From Escherichia phage Ecwhy_1: a stretch of DNA of 64,000 bases. The stretch lies in sequence record MH791411.1; one strand, written 5' to 3'. The first letter of the stretch is position 1. The number at the start of each line of letters is the position of its first letter. A model generated the notes under the pieces. That model did no database searches. It was not told the DNA's origin and saw nothing but the letters and a program-made list of their open reading frames with translations. Made by a program: the position numbers and the translations under genes. Shown piece after piece: positions 8,785 to 17,590 of this stretch.

Positions 8785-8905
8785 TTCAGTACTCAATACT
8801 CATATAATAGATACACTTATGCACCCTGTGGGCTAGTGAGCTATCTCTCAATGAATATATAATAGCAAAATGGCTGACCGGAGTCAACCACTTTTTTCAT
8901 TTATT
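8785..8905. repeat. conserved ~120-bp intergenic element, copy 3
   Basis: GCACCCTGTGGGC box + TGGCTGACCGGAGTCAACCA hairpin + T6. Confidence 0.6.
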
Positions 8906-9126
8906 TTTAGCTTTTAGAATCGCCGCCTTTCGCGTCATGCCTTGCTTGATGTATTCTTGTACTTTCGCTTTACGTGCATTCGCTTTATTTGCTTTCGTAA
9001 ATGCCGAACAACTTTTATAGTTTAAACCTGTTGGATTCATTTAAATCACCATAAAGAATAGATAGGTTACTAACAACGCCGCGATCAATGCACCGACCAG
9101 GGCCGAACTATAGTAAGCTAATGTTT

Positions 9127-9279
9127 TCATTTTTTAGCCTGAAAGTAATGTTTAATTTGAGCGGCGGTCAGTGCACAATTACGCAGGAAGTTTTCTGTAT
9201 AACTGCGGCGAGTACTGAAAGAGAATTGACCTTTGCCGTTACCGATAGTAACATCAAACCGAGCGTTGTATTGTTTCAT
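9127..9279 (-). CDS. hypothetical protein (50 aa)
   Basis: trimmed to MKQYNARFD. Confidence 0.45.
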   Translation of the reverse strand: MKQYNARFDVTIGNGKGQFSFSTRRSYTENFLRNCALTAAQIKHYFQAKK

Positions 9280-9363
9280 TTTGATTCTCCTGTTATTGGG
9301 GAGAATCATTTCTCCCCTTCATGTAAAACATTATACAGTACTAAAAACTAATTGCAAGTACTA
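9280..9363 (-). promoter_or_regulatory. PeSL-like cassette
   Basis: promoter + GGGGAGAAATGATTCTCCCC hairpin. Confidence 0.6.
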
Positions 9364-9507
9364 TTTTTTAGATTTACGCAAACTTTCTACCATCTCAGGA
9401 GTAAGGCCCGGCGGGTAGGAAACTACTTCATCAACGAAACGTAAAGGGAATACCCCAGCGAAAGGTGAACGTGCTTTCTTAGTATTACTCTTTTTTGATG
9501 CTTTCAT

Positions 9508-9576
9508 TTCATATTCCTTAATTAGTGGGGAGAATCATTTCTCCCCTTCATGTAAAACATTATACGCGTTTAAAAA
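9508..9576 (-). promoter_or_regulatory. PeSL-like cassette
   Basis: same hairpin as 9280 cassette; precedes an unannotated ~48-aa ORF (MKASKKSN..) at ~9364-9507. Confidence 0.5.
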
Positions 9577-9786
9577 CTAATTGCAAGTACTATTTGAAAG
9601 TAAATGCTCATACGCTGCATTAACTACGTTTTCAATAACCGACTGTACAGAAAGATCCCCCACGTCCTGGCTATAGTAGAAATCGCTTACAGTGGTGTCA
9701 TCGTATGCAAATACTTTACCAGGTACTGCATCAATCACATACATATTAACCTTTAAGATGTCGATCTTATCCTGTACAGTAAGCAT
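9577..9786 (-). CDS. hypothetical protein (69 aa)
   Basis: ORF track. Confidence 0.55.
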   Translation of the reverse strand: MLTVQDKIDILKVNMYVIDAVPGKVFAYDDTTVSDFYYSQDVGDLSVQSVIENVVNAAYEHLLSNSTCN

Positions 9787-9791
9787 ATTAA

Positions 9792-10064
9792 TTAACCTTT
9801 TAAGTACTGGCTTAAGTAGTCTTGTTGATCTTCGGTGATTGCAGCCATCTTCCCTAGTACTGGATTAATGATATAATCCCCTGTAACGTCCTGTAACGCA
9901 TTCTCAGGCGGTTTAACGGCTGGGGTAGCCATAGCCATCGCCTGGACTTGTTCGACGCTATAACGCTCATATAGGCGGCATTCTTCCGGTGTTAACATAG
10001 CATCAATGCGTTTCATTGGTTTAATGATGCTTTCAACTTCATTCAGTACTTGATTAACGTTCAT
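9792..10064 (-). CDS. hypothetical protein (90 aa)
   Basis: ORF track; ATG. Confidence 0.6.
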   Translation of the reverse strand: MNVNQVLNEVESIIKPMKRIDAMLTPEECRLYERYSVEQVQAMAMATPAVKPPENALQDVTGDYIINPVLGKMAAITEDQQDYLSQYLKG

Positions 10065-10115
10065 GGTATAATCCCCAATATAAGCGGCCTGAATCGACCG
10101 CTAACGATGTTTTGA

Positions 10116-10385
10116 TTAATAGGTGTATGGTTGACGTTCAAACAATGATTGCACGTTGTACGCCCCACTAATGGGCTTTGCTGGTAAATCAATTTTATAT
10201 TGCTCACGCTTAAAGATAATAAAACGGCAATTGTTTTTAACATCAAAATTGATTGAACGTTCCAGTAGTTTACCATCGTGCACAAATACAAGATAACCGC
10301 TCGCTACTTGTTTTGTAGTACTGGTTGCAACCATAGACCGCCGAACATGTGTACCTGCGTCGATTAAAGTACTGATATTTTTCAT
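10116..10385 (-). CDS. hypothetical protein (89 aa)
   Basis: ORF track; AAGAGGAA SD; preferred over overlapping 10061-10291. Confidence 0.55.
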   Translation of the reverse strand: MKNISTLIDAGTHVRRSMVATSTTKQVASGYLVFVHDGKLLERSINFDVKNNCRFIIFKREQYKIDLPAKPISGAYNVQSLFERQPYTY

Positions 10386-10465
10386 TATACGTTCCTCTTA
10401 AGTTAATTTAATTTCTTTCCCCTATGCAGACACTATATCAAAGTATCTGCATAAAGTAAAGCTAA

Positions 10466-10789
10466 TTAAAGATCTTTTTTGCGTTTAACATTCTGTACAG
10501 TACAATGCAACGGGATATTAAGATCATTGCACAAACGAGTAAGGGAGGTTTCATCAGTATTAAGCCCGTCTACTGATTCCTTTAATAGATCTAACGCCGT
10601 TTGTTGATATGCATCTTCATAGCCATAAGTAAATGATTCAACCGCCAGATCATTCAAACCGTTATCCAGTTCGACGCTTACATGACAAGAATGATAAGTA
10701 TTGCCATATGAATCAGTCCAACGTTTACCGTCAACATTGATTGCACGGATTGCAGCCAGGGAAACGGTGTTAATGATAGTTTTAGCCAT
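10466..10789 (-). CDS. hypothetical protein; paralog of 3623-3946
   Basis: shared RWTDSYGNTYHSC..TYGY..VKRKKD. Confidence 0.65.
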   Translation of the reverse strand: MAKTIINTVSLAAIRAINVDGKRWTDSYGNTYHSCHVSVELDNGLNDLAVESFTYGYEDAYQQTALDLLKESVDGLNTDETSLTRLCNDLNIPLHCTVQNVKRKKDL

Positions 10790-10878
10790 TTTTGTATTCC
10801 TTAAATTAATATGTTGTCTTGATAAAATCTATTATGCCAGTACTATCAAACTATGTCAATAGTACTGTGATAATATTT

Positions 10879-11091
10879 TTACTTACTTTCTTTCGCTGCT
10901 TTGTGCGTTGCCACTGCCATAACCACATCAGCACGAACAAAGTTTTTAACCGTGTCGCTGTAATAATTGATCGCTTCATCAATATCTGCGAACATCCGAT
11001 ACATACCGCACCACGATACTTTATAACCTGCTTTCACTTCTTCCAGCTTAACCAGTGATTTGTTAACTTTGATTTTAGTAATGATAGCCAT
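10879..11091 (-). CDS. hypothetical protein (70 aa)
   Basis: ORF track; upstream promoter cassette identical to the one at 10790-10878. Confidence 0.6.
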   Translation of the reverse strand: MAIITKIKVNKSLVKLEEVKAGYKVSWCGMYRMFADIDEAINYYSDTVKNFVRADVVMAVATHKAAKESK

Positions 11092-11319
11092 TTTATTTTC
11101 CTCAGTTGTCTTGATAAAATCTATTATGCCAGTACTATCAAACTATGTCAATAGCACTGTGATAATATTTTTACTTACTTTTTGCTTTCTTGATTGCTTC
11201 CACCTGGTCGGCCCATTCTTTACCCCATACTTGTAAATTATAATGGTACTGGCAAAGAGCAACGCCCCGCTTTAAACCCGTAATAGATTTCTGACCACAT
11301 TGACAAGTTTTCATTTTAG

Positions 11320-11400
11320 TTTCCTTGTAGTGGGGAGAACCATTTTCTCCCCTTGATGTAATGTATTATACTTTATTCGATTTACTTTGCAAGTACTTTT
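11320..11400 (-). promoter_or_regulatory. PeSL-like cassette
   Basis: promoter + GGGGAGAAAATGGTTCTCCCC hairpin; precedes unannotated ~47-aa Cys-containing ORF (MKTCQCGQK..) at ~11176-11319. Confidence 0.5.
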
Positions 11401-11628
11401 TTAATTTAATTCATCAAGGCAAAGGATACGCTCAACGCCCAAATCAGTTAAACTAATCGACGGCACTTGATAGGTTTCAATGTATGCTACACTTGCCCAC
11501 TGACCGAACTCATTAACGGCCCAGGTATTCATTGCATTTTGCAATTCCGCACCTTCCTTGTTGGTAATGACTGCAACTACTTGTTCGTTGCCAGTAGTAC
11601 CAGATACGCGAGTAATGATAATAGCCAT
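11401..11628 (-). CDS. hypothetical protein (75 aa)
   Basis: trimmed to MAIIITRV. Confidence 0.55.
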   Translation of the reverse strand: MAIIITRVSGTTGNEQVVAVITNKEGAELQNAMNTWAVNEFGQWASVAYIETYQVPSISLTDLGVERILCLDELN

Positions 11629-11720
11629 TGTTTTGATTCCTTTGATTTGGAAGGAGAACCGTTTCCCCCTCTCGATGTAAAACATTATACGCTAATCTCT
11701 TAATCGTGCAAGTACTTTTT
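11629..11720 (-). promoter_or_regulatory. PeSL-like cassette
   Basis: promoter + GGGGGAAACGGTTCTCC hairpin. Confidence 0.6.
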
Positions 11721-11869
11721 ATTACTTTTTGCAAAATACTTTAAACGCTCTCAATCGCGTTCTTACAGCCTTAACGCCACCAGCTAGGGCAATGCATCAG
11801 ATAATCAGTTTAATGCGTTAGAATCGTTTCTAGGCGGTGCTGGTGGCATGGTAAACGATAAACACAAAA

Positions 11870-11913
11870 AAGCCCACCGTTTAAGGTGGGCTAGTGATTC
11901 AGTACTTTAATTG
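11870..11913 (-). terminator. rho-independent terminator
   Basis: GCCCACC-TTAAAC-GGTGGGC hairpin + TTTTTT on minus strand after stop. Confidence 0.7.
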
Positions 11914-12396
11914 TTATGCTTCAACTTTGCGATGAGATTCGATCCATTCCTCGCGAGTCATACCGCTGGCGTTAATCGCGTCCAGTACTACCGCAATGCA
12001 GTTACCACGCACCGGAATCAGATATTCTTCCCCGTTGTCCAGTACTACCGCTACGCGTTCCTGAATCCATTTTTTGGCTTTTACTTCTGGCTTGTCTTCC
12101 CCATACTTAACCGCCAGGGCTTTTTGTGCCATCTCTGTAACTACTTCCAGATCCAATCCAACTACTGCCGCCTGAATACTTTCGATTGTTGCTTGTAGTT
12201 CTGCTTCACGGGCCGCCTTTGCCGCTTCAATTTCTGCCGCTTTATTTGCTTGTAGTTCTTTCGCAGTACTGTACGCGATGTTAAAATTATTGCGTACCGC
12301 TTTCATGGTATCGTTATCCAGTTCAGCCAGGATCTCAGCCGCGACGTTAGTTTCATTTGCTACCAGTGCTTTGATGAATGATTTTACATTAGCCAT
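11914..12396 (-). CDS. hypothetical protein (160 aa), Ala/Glu-rich
   Basis: track ORF starts at TTG; ATG (MANVKSF) follows GAGGA SD. Confidence 0.6.
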   Translation of the reverse strand: MANVKSFIKALVANETNVAAEILAELDNDTMKAVRNNFNIAYSTAKELQANKAAEIEAAKAAREAELQATIESIQAAVVGLDLEVVTEMAQKALAVKYGEDKPEVKAKKWIQERVAVVLDNGEEYLIPVRGNCIAVVLDAINASGMTREEWIESHRKVEA

Positions 12397-12599
12397 TTTA
12401 TAAATCCTCAATTAAAGTTTAGTTTACGTTTATTAGTGTATCAAAGTTTTCTCGACGTGTCCAGTTTTTCGTTCGACTTACTGGCGGTCTACTTAGTGCT
12501 CCCCGTCTTGATGTAATACATTCTACGCTTTTCTGCGGTAATGTCAACTACTTTCTTAAAACTATTTTCAAAGTATCTCAGTACTACGATACTACAAAA

Positions 12600-12629
12600 A
12601 CAAAAAAGCCCACCAGGTGGGCTATGTAC
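12600..12629 (-). terminator. rho-independent terminator
   Basis: GCCCACC-TGGTGGGC hairpin + T-run (minus). Confidence 0.65.
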
Positions 12630-12860
12630 TTAATCAGTGAGTAAAATATTAAACACTTTACCATTTAACGTTATTGGTGCACTGCTACCAGGCACAAGAT
12701 CCGTTAGTATACCTGCAATCGCTTTATCATTGGCTACCTTTCCAGTGTCCAACAGTACTACAGTACTGATAAGATTAACGCTCGTTTCAATATCATAATG
12801 CACGGCGTTAAGTAGTTGTGTAGTACTGCTTTCGTTAAGTAAAACAATTCGCTTAGTCAT
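12630..12860 (-). CDS. hypothetical protein (76 aa)
   Basis: ORF track. Confidence 0.55.
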   Translation of the reverse strand: MTKRIVLLNESSTTQLLNAVHYDIETSVNLISTVVLLDTGKVANDKAIAGILTDLVPGSSAPITLNGKVFNILLTD

Positions 12861-12881
12861 GATGTTACCCCGTAGTATCTA

Positions 12882-13181
12882 TCAACGGCAATTAATAACG
12901 CCGGTATGAGTTACTTTCTCGGTATCCATTACAGTGACCGAACCGCGTTTAGCACTGGCATCATAATAAATTGTCGTGCTACCGTTTTCGTCTTCTTCAT
13001 GGAACGGGCCGTTTTTAAATGCTTCCGGCTGGATCTCTAAATCCTTTAATACAATCTCGCCAGTTCTTTCATCGGTCATTGCAACAGTGCACTGAATGAA
13101 TTTTTCACTACTTACATCTAATGACGCATTAACAGCGAAAGAGGAAACAGATAAAGCCAGGGCGATGATTGCAATTTTCAT
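12882..13181 (-). CDS. secreted hypothetical protein (99 aa)
   Basis: N-terminal signal-peptide-like MKIAIIALALSVSSFAVNAS. Confidence 0.6.
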   Translation of the reverse strand: MKIAIIALALSVSSFAVNASLDVSSEKFIQCTVAMTDERTGEIVLKDLEIQPEAFKNGPFHEEDENGSTTIYYDASAKRGSVTVMDTEKVTHTGVINCR

Positions 13182-13265
13182 TTGATTATCCTTAGTTACC
13201 AGGGGAAACCGTTTCCCCTTGCGATGTAAAATATTATACAGTACTAAAAACTAATTGCAAGTACT
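13182..13265 (-). promoter_or_regulatory. PeSL-like cassette
   Basis: promoter + GGGGAAACGGTTTCCCC hairpin. Confidence 0.6.
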
Positions 13266-13502
13266 TTATGATTTTTTATAAAACATTTCAGCAGTGATAT
13301 TTTTACCCGTTGGCTGTACTTTATCCAGAATTTTTTGATGCCCTGGTCGTCCAAAGGAATATGATCCGTAAACAGTAAACCAGTAGTTACCCTCAGTGTT
13401 TACATGTACAGCACAATAAGGAACACCACGCGATTCATCACTAGTAAAGTGTGATACCGTTCCCGTTACATTCGCAGACGTTGATTTGATTTGTTCGACC
13501 AT
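13266..13502 (-). CDS. hypothetical protein (78 aa)
   Basis: ORF track. Confidence 0.6.
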   Translation of the reverse strand: MVEQIKSTSANVTGTVSHFTSDESRGVPYCAVHVNTEGNYWFTVYGSYSFGRPGHQKILDKVQPTGKNITAEMFYKKS

Positions 13503-13580
13503 TTTCTTATTCCTTAGTTACCAGGGGAACCGCTCCCCCTATGCAAAACATTATACGCGTTTAAAAACTAATTGCAAGTA
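13503..13580 (-). promoter_or_regulatory. PeSL-like cassette
   Basis: promoter + GGGGGAGCGGTTCCCC hairpin. Confidence 0.6.
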
Positions 13581-13610
13581 TTTTAATAAAAAGTATTTGA
13601 AAAATAGTTG

Positions 13611-13680
13611 TTGACAAGTGCATCCAGTACTGGCATAATTACTACATCAAGACGAAACAGTCACTAACCCACCGGGTGCC
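13611..13680 (+). promoter_or_regulatory. plus-strand sigma70-type promoter + conserved box
   Basis: TTGACA-N17-CATAAT on plus strand, ACCCACCGGGTGC box ~30 nt downstream. Confidence 0.5.
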
Positions 13681-13745
13681 GAGATCCGTCTATTAAATGA
13701 TTCAGTACTGAAAAAGTAACGGGGAGTTATTATCTCCCCGTGTTG

Positions 13746-13967
13746 TTATTTTGTAAGGTATAAACAGAAGTCGCCTTTATTTGCTACGCCGCCAGTGTAA
13801 CGCGAGGAATAGTTAGAAACGTCCTGGACTTCTGCTATTACCAGGGTATCATCATTCAATTCGTCGCAGAAGCAAACGGCTGGATCTTGTACGCCGATTT
13901 TGTCGGCATGTTCCCGCATAGATTTAACCAGTGCTTCCAGTTGGGAAAGAGTAGTGATATTAGCCAT
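13746..13967 (-). CDS. hypothetical protein (73 aa)
   Basis: trimmed to MANITTL. Confidence 0.55.
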   Translation of the reverse strand: MANITTLSQLEALVKSMREHADKIGVQDPAVCFCDELNDDTLVIAEVQDVSNYSSRYTGGVANKGDFCLYLTK

Positions 13968-14051
13968 TTTATTTTCCTCATTACCAGGGAGAACCATTTC
14001 TCCCTTTGATGTAAACCATTATACAGTACTGAAAACTAATTGCAAGTACTT
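13968..14051 (-). promoter_or_regulatory. PeSL-like cassette
   Basis: promoter + GGGAGAAATGGTTCTCCC hairpin. Confidence 0.6.
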
Positions 14052-14240
14052 TTAATTAAATTCCATAAAATCATTTTCAACGTGCACAACAATCTGATTA
14101 TTTTTAAAGGACGCAGAAAACTCTATACAATCATAAACCGCTTTTTCTGTTACCAGACTATGAGCACCAATCGGATTAATTGGGGATTGAATTGTTTCAA
14201 TCTCGTTACCTTGTTCATTAACGATTAAAATATTAAACAT
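14052..14240 (-). CDS. hypothetical protein (62 aa)
   Basis: ORF track. Confidence 0.5.
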   Translation of the reverse strand: MFNILIVNEQGNEIETIQSPINPIGAHSLVTEKAVYDCIEFSASFKNNQIVVHVENDFMEFN

Positions 14241-14279
14241 TGCCGTTACTCCTGGATAGTGTTAACTCGATATAAAGTA

Positions 14280-14462
14280 TTATACGCCTTTATTGCTTAG
14301 TGTCCAGTGATCACGCATCATACGCCCCGCACGATCCCAGCTAGTAGGCATGGGTATGCCTTGCAATTCGTTAGGGGAGATCTCGACCTCGATCCCTACA
14401 TCAATAACAGTCATTCCAGCTTTCGCAGCTTGCTCGCGGATAACCTCAGATAATGTTGTCAT
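14280..14462 (-). CDS. hypothetical protein (60 aa)
   Basis: ORF track; leader duplicated from the 14052 gene. Confidence 0.5.
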   Translation of the reverse strand: MTTLSEVIREQAAKAGMTVIDVGIEVEISPNELQGIPMPTSWDRAGRMMRDHWTLSNKGV

Positions 14463-14536
14463 GATTAAAGCTCCTGGATAGTGTTAACTCGATATAAAGT
14501 ATTATACAGTACTGAAAACTAATTGCAAGTACTTTT

Positions 14537-14797
14537 TTAATATTGTTTGTCGTCGTCTTCCTCGATGAATTGACCGACGAAATGATCTACTTTCGCTTTG
14601 AGGCTTTTATAATCTTCTTCTACTTCCGTTAAACGTTCCTGGTAGTATTCCAATGCTTCAAGATACGCCGCCTCAGCAGTTTTTGCACGCATAGCTAAAT
14701 TCATTCCACGCGTTTCATCAAATAGCCAATAACCATCGGTGCACTGGCTAATAGATAATGACTTGCTTAGTACTGTATAGCTAATTACTTTACTCAT
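14537..14797 (-). CDS. hypothetical protein (86 aa)
   Basis: ORF track; GAGGG SD after GGCGGGTAATAGTTCCCGCC hairpin. Confidence 0.6.
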   Translation of the reverse strand: MSKVISYTVLSKSLSISQCTDGYWLFDETRGMNLAMRAKTAEAAYLEALEYYQERLTEVEEDYKSLKAKVDHFVGQFIEEDDDKQY

Positions 14798-14854
14798 TAG
14801 ATAACCCTCAGTAAAGGCGGGAACTATTACCCGCCATTATCTCAGTACTGAATA

Positions 14855-15094
14855 TTACATTCCAACCATTGCAGCACGGATCGCAGTAGTGCTATACTTA
14901 AAGCCGTCCGGCGTTGTAGTAGTACCGTTGGCTTTTAATCTGCGGTACATACATTCCGCAGCAATATCTTTAGTTCTACTTTGTGCGATGCAACTTTGAG
15001 CAAGCCGATACAATGACTCACCGTTATTAATCCAAAGGCTTACATTCCAATGAGTTTTGTTTTTGTGTCCGTTGTAAGTTTTAGTACTAGCCAT
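14855..15094 (-). CDS. hypothetical protein; paralog of 16895-17134
   Basis: shared HKNKTHWNVSLWINN..PDGFKYSTTAIRAAMVGM; trimmed to MASTK. Confidence 0.6.
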   Translation of the reverse strand: MASTKTYNGHKNKTHWNVSLWINNGESLYRLAQSCIAQSRTKDIAAECMYRRLKANGTTTTPDGFKYSTTAIRAAMVGM

Positions 15095-15184
15095 TTTTAA
15101 ATCCTCGTTTGAGCGGGGAACCACTCCCCGCCTCGATATAAAGTATTATACGCTTTTAAACTTAGTTTGCAAGTACTTTTTAAA
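15095..15184 (-). promoter_or_regulatory. PeSL-like cassette
   Basis: promoter + CGGGGAGTGGTTCCCCG hairpin. Confidence 0.6.
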
Positions 15185-15796
15185 TTAATATTCGATTGAT
15201 TCCACTACGCCATCAATAACATTGAATTGATACTCGTTACCCTCAATCAGTGCCGTAATGTTTTCAGTAGTGAATTGATCCTCATATGCATTCTCTAAAT
15301 CACGGTACAACTTGCGGGACAATTCACGAATAGTTTCAGTGAGTAGTTCCTCAAGCTCATTAACTAACGTTTCTTGTTTTGCGGTTAAATCAGTGTAAGC
15401 CGATTCAATGTACCCGCTTACAGTATTCTCATGCGAGTAGTGGGAGTGCGAACGTTTTACACTCATCGCCAAATCATCTTCATTCAGCAAGTGACGGATT
15501 GAGCGATACTTAGTTAATGCTCTTACCTTGCGTAAAAACTTCACTGCGTCAACGTGGTCAGTACTGATTGATGCACCGTCACCCTGGGACCAAAAACCAC
15601 TGAATTGTATTTCAGCGTCATTAATGCCATATTCCGGTAGTACTGTTTCTTTATAGTATTCAATTTCACTTTCAGAAAAATAATTGTCGTTTGAGTTTTT
15701 TTCACGTTCCCGAACCAGTTCGATAGCTGACGTTTGTTGTTCTGCGTTCAATTCAGAAAAAGCCATAACATAAGTAGTAGTAGTGATAGTTTTCAT
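15185..15796 (-). CDS. hypothetical protein (203 aa)
   Basis: ORF track; ATG after GAGGGT SD. Confidence 0.65.
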   Translation of the reverse strand: MKTITTTTYVMAFSELNAEQQTSAIELVREREKNSNDNYFSESEIEYYKETVLPEYGINDAEIQFSGFWSQGDGASISTDHVDAVKFLRKVRALTKYRSIRHLLNEDDLAMSVKRSHSHYSHENTVSGYIESAYTDLTAKQETLVNELEELLTETIRELSRKLYRDLENAYEDQFTTENITALIEGNEYQFNVIDGVVESIEY

Positions 15797-15825
15797 TTTG
15801 TAACCCTCATTCAGTAGTTGATGTA

Positions 15826-15960
15826 AGTATTATACGCTTTTAAAAACATTTGTCAAACTATTTTATCAGGGGAGTTTTTCGTGTGCCTTACTCCTGGGCT
15901 ACTTAACGGGAAGTTACTTATTTCGTTCCCCGTCCTGATGTAAAACATTATACGCCTTTA
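15826..15960 (-). repeat. duplicated structured leader, copy B
   Basis: near-identical to 4601-4740. Confidence 0.6.
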
Positions 15961-16020
15961 AACATAGTTTGCAAGTACTTTTTAAAAATAGTTTTCAGTA
16001 CTGAATAGTAAAAAAAAGTA

Positions 16021-16081
16021 TTGACAGCATTATCAAGTACTGGTATAATATACCCCATGACAACAGCTAACCCACCGGGTG
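16021..16081 (+). promoter_or_regulatory. plus-strand consensus sigma70 promoter + conserved box
   Basis: TTGACA-N17-TATAAT (perfect consensus), ACCCACCGGGTGC box downstream. Confidence 0.6.
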
Positions 16082-16223
16082 CACAATTGTAACTATACTA
16101 AACTAATTTTTCTATAGATACACTCCCGCACCCTATGGGCTACGGCTTATCTGCCAATGAATACATTATGCCAGTACTGACAAAATAAGTCAATACCGGC
16201 AATTGTAAAGATTTGTAAACTGC

Positions 16224-16460
16224 TTATACTGCAATCGCGTCCAGGCTATAATAATAATAAGTGCCGTATTGGTGTACTTTATTACCTTTTATTTCAGTAC
16301 TGAATGAATCCGAACGGTTTGCATATGATGTTAATTTAAAGTACTTTGATTTGCTGATACGTTGCCATACACCACAGATCCGCTGTAAGTAAGTAGTTTT
16401 ATTCGTGGTAGTATCTTTTACGGTTTTAACTTCAGTCATATACATATTAGTCATTTTCAT
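16224..16460 (-). CDS. hypothetical protein (78 aa)
   Basis: ORF track; GGAG SD. Confidence 0.55.
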   Translation of the reverse strand: MKMTNMYMTEVKTVKDTTTNKTTYLQRICGVWQRISKSKYFKLTSYANRSDSFSTEIKGNKVHQYGTYYYYSLDAIAV

Positions 16461-16541
16461 TACTCCAGGTTATAGGCGGGAAGAGTTCCCGCTCTCGATG
16501 TAAAACATTATACGCCATTAAACATAGTTTGCAAGTACTTT
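16461..16541 (-). promoter_or_regulatory. PeSL-like cassette
   Basis: promoter + GCGGGAACTCTTCCCGC hairpin. Confidence 0.6.
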
Positions 16542-16808
16542 TTATTCAAGTACTGCAATCTTTTTAGTACGGTACACGGTCACGCGGTTGCCCTTTCGGT
16601 CGAGCTTTATTTCTACCACTCGACGCGATACACTATCGGGACTTTTTAAGGCCGCTAACCAGTACTGTAATGATCTGGCGGTACTACGCTTTACAATGGC
16701 CCAACGTTTACCACGTTCCGATTGTACGCCCATATCTTTAAACGTTGCCCCGTCCTGGCGTGCGGCGATCCGAGCTTGTTCACGCGTCGCAAAATACTTA
16801 ATTTTCAT
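16542..16808 (-). CDS. hypothetical protein; paralog of 3132-3527
   Basis: trimmed to MKIKYFATREQ. Confidence 0.6.
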   Translation of the reverse strand: MKIKYFATREQARIAARQDGATFKDMGVQSERGKRWAIVKRSTARSLQYWLAALKSPDSVSRRVVEIKLDRKGNRVTVYRTKKIAVLE

Positions 16809-16894
16809 GCTGTTGCCCTTATCGTTGGTGTATGAATAAAACACTATTATAAAGTACTATCGCAAAAAAATGATAGTACTTTAAATAAATTCTA

Positions 16895-17134
16895 TTACAT
16901 TCCAACCATCGCCGCACGGATCGCAGTAGTGCTATATTTGAATCCGTCCGGTGTTTTATCTTGTCCAGTCTGTTCTAAAAATAACATCATATGACGGGCC
17001 GCATCATTGCGATTAGTGCTATCGTTAATAAAGTCCTGGGCCAACCGATACAATCCCTCATCGTTATTAATCCAAAGGCTTACATTCCAATGAGTTTTGT
17101 TTTTGTGACCTAAGAACATTTTTGATTTAGCCAT
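16895..17134 (-). CDS. hypothetical protein; paralog of 14855-15094
   Basis: trimmed to MAKSKMF. Confidence 0.6.
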   Translation of the reverse strand: MAKSKMFLGHKNKTHWNVSLWINNDEGLYRLAQDFINDSTNRNDAARHMMLFLEQTGQDKTPDGFKYSTTAIRAAMVGM

Positions 17135-17227
17135 TTTTTTAATCCTCTTATATAGTGGGGAACTATTCCCCACCTGATGTAAAACATTATACGCCATTAA
17201 ACATAGTTTGCAAGTACTTTATTAAAC
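17135..17227 (-). promoter_or_regulatory. PeSL-like cassette
   Basis: promoter + GGGGAATAGTTCCCC hairpin. Confidence 0.6.
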
Positions 17228-17590
17228 TTATTTGTAAATTTTGCCACTGTCAGCCCATACCAGGAAACGAGGCATATTATCCCATGCATCTTGTTTTAAG
17301 TTTAAGCCGTGCAATTCCTCAGTTGTTGCCATCCCTGGTACTGGCTTACTACACACCGCGAAATTTTCGCCCATATACTGATAAACCATCGTCAAATCAT
17401 TTGAGATCATTATATGGATCATTGAATCCAGCATCAAAGTAGCGGCGTATTGTTCACGCTTAAGCGGCAACATTGCAATAAGTTCCCGATAAGCTGCAAT
17501 GTGAATTTTTACAGTTTCAGCCGGAAGACCTTTCATCTCATCGCGGAAGTTTACCAGGTTAAGCATGATTTTATTGATTTGAGTCGCCAT
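17228..17590 (-). CDS. hypothetical protein (120 aa)
   Basis: trimmed to MATQINK. Confidence 0.6.
   Translation of the reverse strand: MATQINKIMLNLVNFRDEMKGLPAETVKIHIAAYRELIAMLPLKREQYAATLMLDSMIHIMISNDLTMVYQYMGENFAVCSKPVPGMATTEELHGLNLKQDAWDNMPRFLVWADSGKIYK

Noticed and set aside
10061-10291. ORF 10061-10291 (minus) overlapping 10116-10385
   Set aside because: Hydrophobic out-of-frame read; 10116-10385 has an SD and fits gene spacing.
997-11703. Plus-strand ORFs 997-1185, 3858-4127, 5504-5914, 9233-9418, 11467-11703 sharing peptides like LDVNYYTVL / LHVNYYTVL
   Set aside because: The shared peptide is the translation of the repeated promoter cassette (CTTGATGTAAACTATTATACAGTACT) on the non-template strand; no SD signal; they overlap real minus-strand genes.
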